Shown in pieces: positions 1 through 12,269 of a stretch of 64,000 nt of DNA. The position numbers were made by a program, and so were the translations under genes. Source of the stretch: Macrostomum hystrix (taxonomy: Eukaryota > Animalia > Platyhelminthes); contig CATNEN010000001.1 in NCBI GenBank assembly GCA_950097015.1, positions 23,498,001 through 23,562,000 of the forward strand, given 5' to 3'. Numbering within the stretch: the first letter of the stretch is position 1; the number at the start of each line of letters is the position of its first letter. Under the pieces are notes generated by a model, which saw only the letters and a program-made list of their open reading frames with translations, made no database searches and was not told the origin of the DNA.

Positions 1-312
1 AAACCGACATTTTGCAAGACAAAGACTTCTGTTATTATGCGCCTGGCGGGTGATTGATTTTTACAAGCCACCTGTCGAATTGTTTTTTTCTGTTTAGCGA
101 ATTGATTGCGTCACTAATTAGCGAGAATGGGGCGATGAATACCTGGCATCCATACTAGCCTGTTTCATGTTAATTTTGACATTTAGCAAGCCTGAATCCC
201 TAGGGAGAAAGGGGGCTTGTTGCATCTCGCTTCTTAACAGAAAAAATGCTAGGAAAAGCAATTGAAATTATTCGAATTCTAATTTAAGCTAGCAAAATGT
301 TTTTGCAAATAC

Positions 313-1004
313 TGACAGAGTGACATTGTGACAGAGTGACATTGTGACAGAGTGACATTGTGACAGAGTGACATTGTGACAGAGTGACATTGTGACAGAG
401 TGACATTGTGACAGAGTGACATTGTGACAGAGTGACATTGTGACAGAGTGACATTGTGACAGAGTGACATTGTGACAGAGTGACATTGTGACAGAGTGAC
501 ATTGTGACAGAGTGACATTGTGACAGAGTGACATTGTGACAGAGTGACATTGTGACAGAGTGACATTGTGACAGAGTGACATTGTGACAGAGTGACATTG
601 TGACAGAGTGACATTGTGACAGAGTGACATTGTGACAGAGTGACATTGTGACAGAGTGACATTGTGACAGAGTGACATTGTGACAGAGTGACATTGTGAC
701 AGAGTGACATTGTGACAGAGTGACATTGTGACAGAGTGACATTGTGACAGAGTGACATTGTGACAGAGTGACATTGTGACAGAGTGACATTGTGACAGAG
801 TGACATTGTGACAGAGTGACATTGTGACAGAGTGACATTGTGACAGAGTGACATTGTGACAGAGTGACATTGTGACAGAGTGACATTGTGACAGAGTGAC
901 ATTGTGACAGAGTGACATTGTGACAGAGTGACATTGTGACAGAGTGACATTGTGACAGAGTGACATTGTGACAGAGTGACATTGTGACAGAGTGACATTG
1001 TGAC
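313..1004. repeat. Perfect 16-bp tandem array (TGACAGAGTGACATTG)n, ~43 copies
   Basis: Direct periodicity; the unit is a dimer of two TGACA-starting 8-mers. The three overlapping minus-strand ORFs are repeat artefacts. Confidence 0.97.
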
Positions 1005-1335
1005 TGATTTTTCTGGGCCAAGTTCTGCTGAATAGCTTGTTTCGTTGGCAACTGTCTTCAATAATTACGCAATCAGCAAAAGAAAATAGCAACTTTGACC
1101 TCGGCAATAAAAGAAAACAATATTAAAAAACTGGAAATTCACGCGCTGAAAATCTGTTCGGAAAAGCCGCCATTTGATTGCATTGCGATGCTGTGTGGTC
1201 AAGTGGGTCATAAAAGACTGACCAGACAAAGTCTAACAGGGTGGGGCGTGACACTAAGTAATCGGCTCTTTGTCGAGAAGAGAAGTAGCAGGTCATTAGG
1301 GAGCAGTGATATTGGTAAGAATGACCGTTGCTTAG

Positions 1336-1708
<373 letters not shown>

Positions 1709-2119
1709 GGATGGAATATCAGTTCAGCAAAAATGATAAGCATGGACACTAGTAATAACAGACAGGCCGATACCCCATAGATACAGAGCGGAGTTGGGAT
1801 GCGGCTATTAAAATCTGCTTGACCCTCGCGGCATCGCAGTTGGTCACTGGCAAGGCTGGAGGTCACTAATCATGCGGGTCAGACTTCAAAATTTGCTTTG
1901 CCTTTGGCCATAAAATAGGGAAAAGTTTTTTTATGCACTAACGTCTTTGTTCGATTTGCATAGCTAGCCACGAAATTGCTTGTGGGCTTTTCTTGGAATT
2001 GAGTTTCTAGATCGTGTTGCTATCAGAACTGCAAAACTGACTGCTGTATCTCCTTTGTTCAGCATTCAGGTTCTTAGAAAGTGATTTTGTGTGATTAAAG
2101 CAGTAACTTCAGTAATGCA

Positions 2120-2803
2120 TTGAGTAAGTAAGTGAGTGACTGAGTGAGTTAGTGAGGAAGCGAGTGAGTGAGTGAGTGAGTGAGTGAGTGAGTGAGTGAG
2201 TGAGTGATTGACTGAGTGAGTGAATGAGTGAATGAGTGAGTGAGTGAGTGAGTGAGTGAGTGAGTGAGTGAATGAGTGACTGAGTAAGTGAGTGAGGTAG
2301 TGAGTGGGTGAGGTAGTGAGTGGGTGAGTGAATGAGTGAGTGAGTGAGTGAGTGAGTGAGTGAGTGAGTGAGTGAGTGAGTGAGTGAGTGAGTGAGTGAG
2401 TGAGTGAGTGAGTGAGTGAGTGAGTGAGTGAGTGAGTGAGTGAGTGAGTTAGTGAGGAAGCGAGTGAGTGAGTGAGTGAGTGAGTGAGTGAGTAAGTGAG
2501 TGAGTGAGTGAGTGAGTGAGTGAGTGAGTGAGTGAGTGAGTAAGTGAGTGAGTGACTGAGTGAGTTAGTGAGGAAGCGAGTGAGTGAGTGAGTGAGTGAG
2601 TGAGTGAGTAAGTGAGTGAGTGACTGAGTGAGTTAGTGAGGAAGCGAGTGAGTGAGTGAGTGACTGAGTGAGTGAGTGAGGTAGTGAGTGAGTGAGTGAG
2701 TGAGTGAGTGAGCGAGTGAGTGAGTGAGGTAGTGAGTGAGTGAGTGAGTGAGTGAGTGAGTGGGTGAGTGAGGTAGTGAGTGAGTGAGTTAGTGAGTGAG
2801 TGA
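2120..2803. repeat. Interrupted (GAGT)n microsatellite
   Basis: GAGT run with recurring GAGGAAGC and GAGGTA interruptions. Confidence 0.95.
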
Positions 2804-3902
2804 ACTAGCCATTTGTAAGCTTCTAGGCAGTTAATTACGAGTGCCTGTTGAATGCTAAGTTTTCTTGGCTATTCAGAACGTCGTGCAAACGAAGCCCCAA
2901 AACCTCGCAACGAAGTCGAGCTCACAGCAGGCGATGGGAAAAGATCCCTGTCCTCCCTCCACACACACGCGCACACACACATCCCATTAAATGCCCGTGG
3001 GTCGTTCACAATGGTTTAAACCAAGCCGGCGGCACACACTATTTGCCTACTCAACAGGCGGTCTAGGTAACAGCTTCATCAACAGATACAGAAAAGCTCG
3101 GCGTCAAGGGTAGGTGGAGGAGACGTCCGCCATGCGCGCTTATTTATACAAAAAATACAATGGCCAAAGACCCGGCCGTCCGATTTGAAAACAAACTGGG
3201 AATCATTTTTAATGACGCTCTCGCTACCAATGTCAGCCCCGGGTCTCTCATTAATTGGAGTTAAAAAACACAACTGCCTGGGCCCGCAGCTTTGTTTTGG
3301 TGTCATAAATCTGTTGTGTGCTCTGACAAAAATCATCGTCACTAGCGAGTAATCTGGCGATCCGTGTTTGGCCTAATTGGGTCCTTGGGACATAAGACCT
3401 GACCTGACAAAGACAGGATTAACAAAGATTTTCTTGATGGGATAAATGGCATTGAAAACCGCAAATTTTTTGTTCAATTCGAGAGCCGATGTTTAACCTG
3501 CTGCTGTTGTTGCTGATTTTCGTGTCGCGGAGTACTCGAGTGTGTTAATCTCTGAAAATTCCACAAATCGACAGACTATTGTGCAATACTGCTTGTCAAT
3601 CACACAGACAGACACCCCACTCTATGTGGACACGAAATTATGCTGCACGATCGCTCGAAAGTTTGACCAACTGTAAGGACAAGCGGTACGGGGGTAGACA
3701 GACAACTGTGGAGACACGCGAGTGAAAGTGAGACACTGCTTACACTATGCGCTGATTAACTGGCTCAGTATTTATAGTGGGCACAGCTGCTTCACAATGA
3801 AATACATGCCATGTAGGACTGGCTAATCCCTTTACCTATGGAACATAATGAGTTAATCTAATGACCGAGATCATAACGGGAGTCTTAATTACGGGAATAA
3901 GA

Positions 3903-4855
3903 GGTCACGACTCAATCAGAGGATCATGAATGACGGGTCATGACTCAATCAGAGGATTATGAATGACAGGTCATGACTCAATCAGAAGATCATGAATGAC
4001 GGGTCATGACTCAATCAGAAGATCATGAATGACTGGTCATGACTCAATCAGAGGATTATGAATGAAGGGTCATGACTCAATCAGAAGATCATGAATGACT
4101 GGTCATGGCTCAATCATAAGATCATGACTCAATCAGAGGATTATGAATGACGGGTCATGACTCAATCAGAAGATCATGAATGACGGGTCATGACTCAATC
4201 AGAAGATCATGAATGACTGGTCATGGCTCAATCATAAGATCATGACTCAATCAGAAGATCATGAATGACTGGTCATGACTCAATCAGAGGATTATGAATG
4301 ACGGGTCATGACTCAATCAGAAGATCATGAATGACGGGTCATGACTCAATCAGAAGATCATGAATGACTGGTCATGGCTCAATCATAAGATCATGACTCA
4401 ATCAGAGGATTATGAATGACGGGTCATGACTCAATCAGAAGATCATGAATGACGGGTCATGACTCAATCAGAAGATCATGAGTGACTGGTCATGGCTCAA
4501 TCATAAGATCATGACTCAATCAGAAGATCATGAATGACAGGTCATGACTCAATCAGAAGATCATGAATGACTGGTCATGACTCAATCATAAGATCATGAC
4601 TCAATCATAAGATCATGAATGACAGGTCATGACTCAATCAGAAGATCATGAATGACTGGTCATGGCTCAATCATAAGATCATGACTCAATCAGAAGATCA
4701 TGAATGACAGGTCATGACTCAATCAGAAGATCATGAATGACTGGTCATGGCTCAATCATAAGATCATGACTCAATCATAAGATCATGAATAACTGGTCAT
4801 GACTCAATCAGAAGATCATGAATGACTGGTCATGACTCAATCAGAAGATTAATGA
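3903..4855. repeat. 33-bp minisatellite (GGTCATGACTCAATCAGAAGATCATGAATGACN) with shorter variant units
   Basis: Direct periodicity; most units carry TGACTCA and TCATGA. Confidence 0.93.
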
Positions 4856-5397
4856 CCAGTGTTTTGAGCAGAAGTAAAAGCATCTTAAACAAGTTTGAGA
4901 GCATTTCGAAGTTGCCACCAAGTTCAAGCCAAACTTATGACCTTTGCCCCTAAAACGGAGTGAACGGTCTCCAAATTGTGGGTGGTTTTGTGCCAGTCAG
5001 TCCATGTTAGCACCAGCAGTTTAAAAGCAGAAGATTGGCAGATCAGGCTATCAGTTTAATTTTTGCGTCCAGCTCCCACACTGGAGGTGTGCAAAAAAAT
5101 TTGCCAGTGTAAAACATCAACTTCATGCTGTCAGTCAGGGCGGCACAATGCTTCTGGAAGGTGTGAAATTACATAATTGAGCATCACGCGGTGCAGTTAT
5201 CTATTGTATGGACATTGCGGCTAAATTGTGCAACAACCCCACTAGATTATGAATGACACATTGTGGGAATTTAAATAGACCTTTCTAGCATTGTCTCATC
5301 TATTCTCGTGCAAACTAACTCGCTAACAGCGGATTAAACAGCTGCCTCTCTCACTAAATAATACGTTTATAATCATTTACTAATTCCTTCTGGAATT

Positions 5398-6208
5398 CAT
5401 CCTTCGATTCTCCCAATTCTTCCTTCGATTCTCATCATTCTTCCTTCGATTCTCATCATTCTTCCTTCGATTCTCATCATTCTTCCTTCGATTCTCATCA
5501 TTCTTCCTTCGATTCTCCTCATTCTTCCTTCGATTCTCATCATTCTTCATTCGATTCTCATCATTCTTCCTTCGATTCTCATCATTCTTCCTTCGATTCT
5601 CATCATTCTTCCTTCGATTCTCATCATTCTTCCTTCGATTCTCATCATTCTTCCTTGGATTCTCATCCTTCTTCCTTCGATTCTCATCATTCTTCCTTCG
5701 ATTCTCATCATTCTTCCTTCGATTCTCATCATTCTTCCTTCGATTCTCCTCATTCTTTATTCGATTCTCATTATTCTTTATTCGATTCTCATCATTCTTC
5801 CTTCGATTCTCATCATTCTTCCTTCGATTCTCATTATTCTTTATTCGATTCTCATCATTCTTCCTTCGATTCTCATCATTCTTCCTTCGATTCTCCTCAT
5901 TCTTCCTTCGATTCTCATCATTTTTCTTCGATTCTACTCATTTTTCTTCGATTCTCCTCATTCTTCATTCGATTCTCATCATTTTCCTTCGATTCTCATC
6001 ATTTTTCTTCGATTTTCATCATTTTCCATCGATTCTCCTCATTATTCATTCGATTCTCCTCATTTTCCTTCGATTCTTCTCATTCTTCCTTCGATTCTCA
6101 TCATTCTTCCTTCGATTCTCATTATTTTCCTTCGATTCTCATCATTCTTCCTTCGATTCTCCTCATTTTCCTTCGATTCTTCTCATTCTACCTTCGATTC
6201 TCATCATT
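5398..6208. repeat. 21-bp minisatellite (TTCGATTCTCATCATTCTTCC), degenerating rightwards
   Basis: Direct periodicity. Confidence 0.93.
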
Positions 6209-6355
6209 CCCATTCTTCCCCTCAGTCTCCCATTCTTCTTCTCAGTCTCCCATTCTTCCCCTCAGTCTCCCATTCTTCCCCTCAGTCTCCCATTCTTCCC
6301 CTCAGTCTCCCATTCTTCCCCTCAGTCTCCCATTCTTCCCCTCAGTCTCCCATTC
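6208..6355. repeat. 20-bp minisatellite (CCCATTCTTCCCCTCAGTCT), ~7 copies
   Basis: Direct periodicity; abuts the 21-bp array. Confidence 0.9.
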
Positions 6356-6647
6356 ATCTCGAACATTCTACCCGCATTCATCTCAAATAAATCTTACGTA
6401 AGTAAGCTTTGTCATGCAAAAATTGGCAGGAAAAAAATGTGAAACTAGGAAATCCTACACGCCTTGATCCCTGGCCTCAGTAGTAAACAAAAGCTGCTCA
6501 ACTCTGCTTGGCCTTTTTAATCAGCTCGAAAAGTCTGCTGCAGCCGCCGTTGCTGCTATCCCTTCATACTTTCCGCCTCATCGTCCCGCCCCATCTCCGA
6601 AATTTCCGCGAACAAAATCTTTCCTTATCCATCTGATTAGGACCAAA

Positions 6648-6649
6648 GC

Positions 6650-6702
<53 letters not shown>

Positions 6703-6703
6703 C
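6648..6703. repeat. (CTG)n trinucleotide repeat
   Basis: Direct. Confidence 0.9.
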
Positions 6704-7074
6704 TGGCTGACCCGACTGAATACACGCTCTGGATTGATGTGAAGGGAATTAGGCGATTATCGAAGGAATTTCTCGGAGCTTAGCTTTGACTTGAGACTAT
6801 CGTGTGTGTGTGAGTGTGTGTGTGTGCTGTCGAACGCGTGAGGCGTAAAGAAAAATGTCGCTAAGGGAAACACATCCAACTGGAAGGATTTGGGAAGATT
6901 CTAGTCGGGATTCTCAGCGAGCTGGGGAGGAGCTCTGTTTTGTCCTCTTACTCTGATGCGTTTAGCTCGGATTTGAGCACTGTTCTCTGAATAGTTCGCA
7001 GGTTTTCACTAAACTCAATGACCGAATCCCAACTCACTCTACGTCCTTCCTACTCCCTACCAAGCTTCCCTTGC

Positions 7075-8040
7075 TTCCCTCTCACTCGCGTCTTCTCCCC
7101 CTCACTCTCCTCTTCTTCCCTCACTCTCTCCTCTTCTCCCCCACACTCTCCTCTTCTCCCCCACACTCTCATCTTCTCCCCCACACTCTCCTCTTCTTCC
7201 CTCACTCTCTCCTCTTCTCCCCCACACTCTCCTCTTCTCCCCCACACTCTCATCTTCTCCCCCACACTCTCCTCTTCTTCCCCACACTCTCCTCTTCTCC
7301 CCCACACTTTCATCTTCTCCCCCACACTCTCATCCTCTCCCCCACACTCTCCTCTTCTTCCCCACACTCTCCTCTTCTTCCCCACACTCTCCTCTTCTTC
7401 CCCACACTCTCCTCTTCTTCCCCACACTCTCTTCTTCCCCACACTCTCCTCTCCTCTTCTCCCCCTCACTCTCCTCTTCTCCCCCACACTCTCCTCTTCT
7501 CCCCCTCACTCTCCTCTTCTCCCCCACACTCTCCTCTTCTCCCCCTCACTCTCCTCTTCTCCCCCACACTCTCCTCTTCTCCCCCACACTCTCCTCTTCT
7601 CCCCCTCACTCTCCTCTTCTCCCCCACACTCTCCTCTCCTCTTCTCCCCCTCACTCTCCTCTTCTCCCCCACACTCTCCTCTTCTCCCCCACACTCTCAT
7701 CTTCTCCCCCACACTCTCCTCTTCTTCCCCACACTCTCCTCTTCTCCCCCACACTCTCATCTTCTCCCCCACACTCTCATCCTCTCCCCCACACTCTCCT
7801 CTTCTTACCCACACTCTCCTCTTCTTCCCCACACTCTCCTCTTCTCCCCTAACTCTCCTCTTCTTCCCCACACTCTCCTCTTCTCCCCTAACTCTCCTCT
7901 TCTCCCCCACACTCTCCTCTTCTCCCCCCTCATTCTCCTTTTCTCCCCCTCACTCTCCTCTTCTTCCCCACACTCTTCTCTTCTTCCCCACACTCTCCTC
8001 TTCTTCCCCACACTCTCCTCTTCTCCCCTCACTCTCCCCC
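7075..8040. repeat. Pyrimidine-rich ~20-bp minisatellite (CCCCACACTCTCCTCTTCTC)
   Basis: Direct periodicity; extreme C/T strand asymmetry. Confidence 0.93.
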
Positions 8041-8739
8041 TCTCCCGTCCTCCCTGTCTTCTCACCCTAATACTATTTATTCAGCAAACAGCAATGTAAA
8101 AACTAACATTTTCAATGCTAAGCTGTAACAAGACTTTCATTGACTAAACTAGCAACTCAAACTCTACCCGTGGACCCAATGGACAATAGGCAAACAATAT
8201 TGAATCTCAAGTCACAGTCTCGCTCCAATGAGTCTGTCTCAGGGCGCCGCACCGCAATAAACTCGCCCGGCAGAAAGAGCAGTTGAATTATTTTTTTAAC
8301 ACAGCAACAGGTATGCCTGTCACAAATGCTTGTTGCCGCGCGGGCAGCAACTGACAGAGCGCCATAAATTATTGCAGACTAAGCTCGTAAGAAGAAATTG
8401 TGGAAAATAAAGCCAGAAGCCTTCTAGTAGAGTAACACTAAAGACTTGTTGCTCGAAACACCTCGCCTACCTGGGCCTTTTAAATGTCGTGTTATACTCT
8501 ATGCTCGACTGAGTTTAATGGCGTGTATGAAGTTAGTGTTGGCTATTACCAGCCAAGCCACAAACTGAATGAACTGCAGTAAATTTGTTCTGTAACTTCA
8601 ATGCCAGTTTTAATTCTATTAAATCCTAATACAGGTTTAGAGTGCTGTCTTCTGCAGGTTATTATAGAAATTAATTTTGCCAATCACTAACCATTGGATG
8701 GTGGAATCCAACGAAGAATATGAGGAAAGACTCTGAGAT

Positions 8740-9530
8740 ATCGAAGGAAGCAGAAAACCTCAGAGGAATCGAAGGAAGCAGCAAATCGCCGAGGAATCGA
8801 AGGAAGCAGCAAACCACAGAGGAATCGAAGGAAGCAGCAAACCACAGAGGAATCGAAGGAAGCAGCAAACCACAGAGGAATCGAAGGAAGCAGAAAATCT
8901 CAGAGGAATCGAAGTAAGCAGAAAATCTCAGAGGAATCGAAGTAAGCAGAAAATCTCAGAGGAATCGAAGGAAGCAGAAAATCTGAGAGGAATCGAAGTA
9001 AGCAGAAAATCTCAGAGGAATCGAAGGAAGCAGCAAATCGCCGAGGAATCGAAGGAAGCAGCAAACCACAGAGGAATCGAAGGAAGCAGCAAACCACAGA
9101 GGAATCGAAGGAAGCAGCAAACCACAGAGGAATCGAAGGAAGCAGCAAACCACAGAGGAATCGAAGGAAGCAGCAAACCACAGAGGAATCGAAGGAAGCA
9201 GCAAACCACAGAGGAATCGAAGGAAGCAGAAAATCTCAGAGGAATCGAAGTAAGCAGAAAATCTCAGAGGAATCGAAGTAAGCAGAAAACCCCCTGAGGA
9301 ATCGAAGGAAGCAGAAAACCCCCTGAGGAATCGAAGGAAGCAGAAAACCCCCTGAGGAATCGAAGGAAGACAAATCCACAGAGGAATCGAAGGAAGACAA
9401 AATCCACAGAGGAATCGAAGGAAGACAAAATCCACAGAGGAATCGAAGGAAGACAAAAACCACAGAGGAATCGAAGGAAGACTAAATCCACAGAGGAATC
9501 GAAGGAAGACGAGATCGACAGAGGAATCGC
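8740..9530. repeat. 28-bp minisatellite (GAGGAATCGAAGGAAGCAGCAAACCACA) with blocks of variant units
   Basis: Direct periodicity. Confidence 0.93.
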
Positions 9531-10230
9531 AGGAAACGGTGGGAGTTGAGTGCGGCTGCAGATTGCGCAGAAGACAAGTAAGAGCTTCCCCACCGCAAGG
9601 TTTAATCTGATAATTGAGCAGGCAAACACGGCCAGTCGACTCAAAAGTTGGAGATTAAAAAATCGCAAGCGGCTTTAATTAATCCCTGCCCGCCACTTCC
9701 CCATCAGGGAGGAAATTGGCCCGGGGTCGGGGGTGGTGGAGAATTTTCCCGAAATATCCATTAGAAGCGGATTGACGCTCAGAAGAATGCGGCAGCTCAT
9801 GACGCCGCAAGCGACCTTGGTCATAAAATGCCGGGCGCTGCGCATGACTTCCCCTTCTGCAAGATCCCTTCCAGGGACGTTCAGTAGCCTCGGGGCAGGG
9901 CGCGACCCAAACAGCTCTAGCAGCTCTTTGTCTGGCCAGCCCATGCAGACCTTTCACCTCCAGGAGCAGCGGTGAATGACGCAATCAAACTATAGAGCTG
10001 GTGGTCAGGGCAGCACCGGTTATATATAAAAATGCAGAATCATTTCCTATACTGTAGCTGAGCCAAACATTGATCAGCGAGTTTAATAATGAAATAATTG
10101 CCTCAGCCACACTGCATGCTTTTATTGTCTTGTTTGGATTAACGATTTTTAACACCCATAACTCAGTCCAGTGAGGCTTAACTGGCAAATATGAGCTCAG
10201 AGCGACATGAGCCACTGGAAATAACACTTA

Positions 10231-11310
10231 GGATCAGAGGAATGGGGCAGTGGATGGCTGAAGGATCAGAGGAATGGGGCAGTGGATGGCTGAAGGATCA
10301 GAGGAATGGGGCAGTGGATGGCTGAAGGATCAGAGGTATGGGGCAGTGGATGGCTGAAGGATCAGAGGAATGGGGTAGTGGATGGCTGAAGGATCAGAGG
10401 AATGGGGCAGTGGATGGCTGAAGGATCAGAGGAATGGGGCAGTGGATAGCTGAAGGGTCAGAGGTATGGGGCAGTGGATGGCTGAAGGATCAGAGGAATG
10501 GGGCAGTGGATGGCTGAAGGATCAGAGGAATGGGGTAGTGGATGGCTGAAGGATCAGAGGAATGGGGTAGTGGATGATGGCTGAAGGATCAGAGGAATGG
10601 GGCAGTGGATAGCTGAAGGGTCAGAGGAATGGGGCAGTGGATGGCTGAAGGATCAGAGGAATGGGGTAGTGGATGATGGCTGAAGGATCAGAGGAATGGG
10701 GCAGTGGATGGCTGAAGGATCAAAGGAATGGGGTAGTGGATGGCTGAAGGATCAGAGGAATGGGGTAGTGGATGGCTGAAGGATCAGAGGAATGGGGTAG
10801 TGGATGGCTGAAGGATCAGAGGAATGGGGTAGTGGATGGCTGAAGGATCAGAGGAATGGGGTAGTGGATGATGGCTGAAGGATCAGAGGAATGGGGTAGT
10901 GGATGATGGCTGAAGGATCAGAGGAATGGGGTAGTGGATGATGGCTGAAGGATCAGAGGAATGGGGCAGTGGATGATGGCTGAAGGATCAGAGGAATGGG
11001 GCAGTGGATGGCTGAAGGATCAGAGGAATGGGGCAGTGGATGGCTGAAGGATCAGAGGAATGGGGCAGTGGATGATGGCTGAAGGATCAGAGGAATGGGG
11101 CAGTGGATGATGGCTGAAGGATCAGAGGAATGGGGCAGTGGATGATGGCTGAAGGATCAGAGGAATGGGGCAGTGGATGGCTGAAGGATCAGAGGAATGG
11201 GGCAGTGGATGCTGGCTGAAGGATCAGAGGAATGGGGCAGAGGATGGCTGAAGGATCAGAGGAATGGGGCAGTGGATGGCTGAAGGATCAGAGGAATGGG
11301 GCAGTGGATG
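10231..11310. repeat. 32-bp minisatellite (GGATCAGAGGAATGGGGCAGTGGATGGCTGAA), some 35-bp +GAT units
   Basis: Direct periodicity. Confidence 0.95.
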
Positions 11311-11837
11311 GGAAGTAAAGAACGAGCCGACGATTATAAAATGACTTATAAATCGCACATATCCGCTCGAACTCACCTACTAACAGTAGAGTAGGAGGGA
11401 ATGGCATTCTTTCGGTGAAAAATATTAAAGACAGTCGCTGAGAAAACTACAAACTGATTCCAGTAGCACACATAGATCAGAAAATGGTTGCAACTGATAA
11501 CTCCACAGTCTGTTTAGCTATCCATAACTTGCAGCATTGGCTTATATTTTCTTTCTTTTCAGACAAAACTGACAACCAACACTGAGACATATTAGATAAT
11601 GATAGGCGAAATGCACCAATAAAGTACAAATTTATAACCGACACAATCCAGTCGAGACATTGCCACGTCTGCGATACGGTAAATTAGACACAAAAAGTAA
11701 TGGGCATTTTAGGGCATCTCTAATACAATAACAACTTCAGTAAATTTGATGTCCTATTTTTCTAGGAATTAACTACAGGGGGTGAATTGAGATCTAGAAG
11801 TTTTGACCTAGAGGTCCGGAGTTCGAAACCGGAGGGC

Positions 11838-12121
11838 GGGGTCGGTGGCAGAGCGGTTTAACGCGTCTGCCTCTCTTGAAGGCTTGAAGGCCGACCTCCA
11901 AGGCACAGTGAGAGTGTACACTGCCTGACGATGAGAAAGTCAGGGCAGATGTACACACCTGTGTGAGCGTGTGCCTGCGTACAGTATCTGAGTGCGTGTG
12001 TGCTCAGGAGTCAGCGAAATGGGCAGAATTGCCTCCTCGCTGGCTGCGGGTCTAGTGTCACCAAATGATGTGCCATTGCCCGCAGCCCTCCTGCAATTAT
12101 TATTATTTATTATTATTATTA
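11838..12121 (+). mobile_element. tRNA-derived SINE family A copy (internal deletion), (TTA)n tail
   Basis: A-box-like GGTGGCAGAGCGG head, body shared with several other copies in the window, ATT-repeat tail. Confidence 0.85.
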
Positions 12122-12269
12122 ATAAAGTCCTACATTATAATTCCAGCTGTAAAATGGGTATCAGAAGATATATTCTAGGAAATAACAGAAGGGAGTTAAT
12201 TGAACTACATTCGTTTCAAATTGGGATTACCTGACGAGATCTACCAACAGTTCCCCTACAGGCCAGTCC

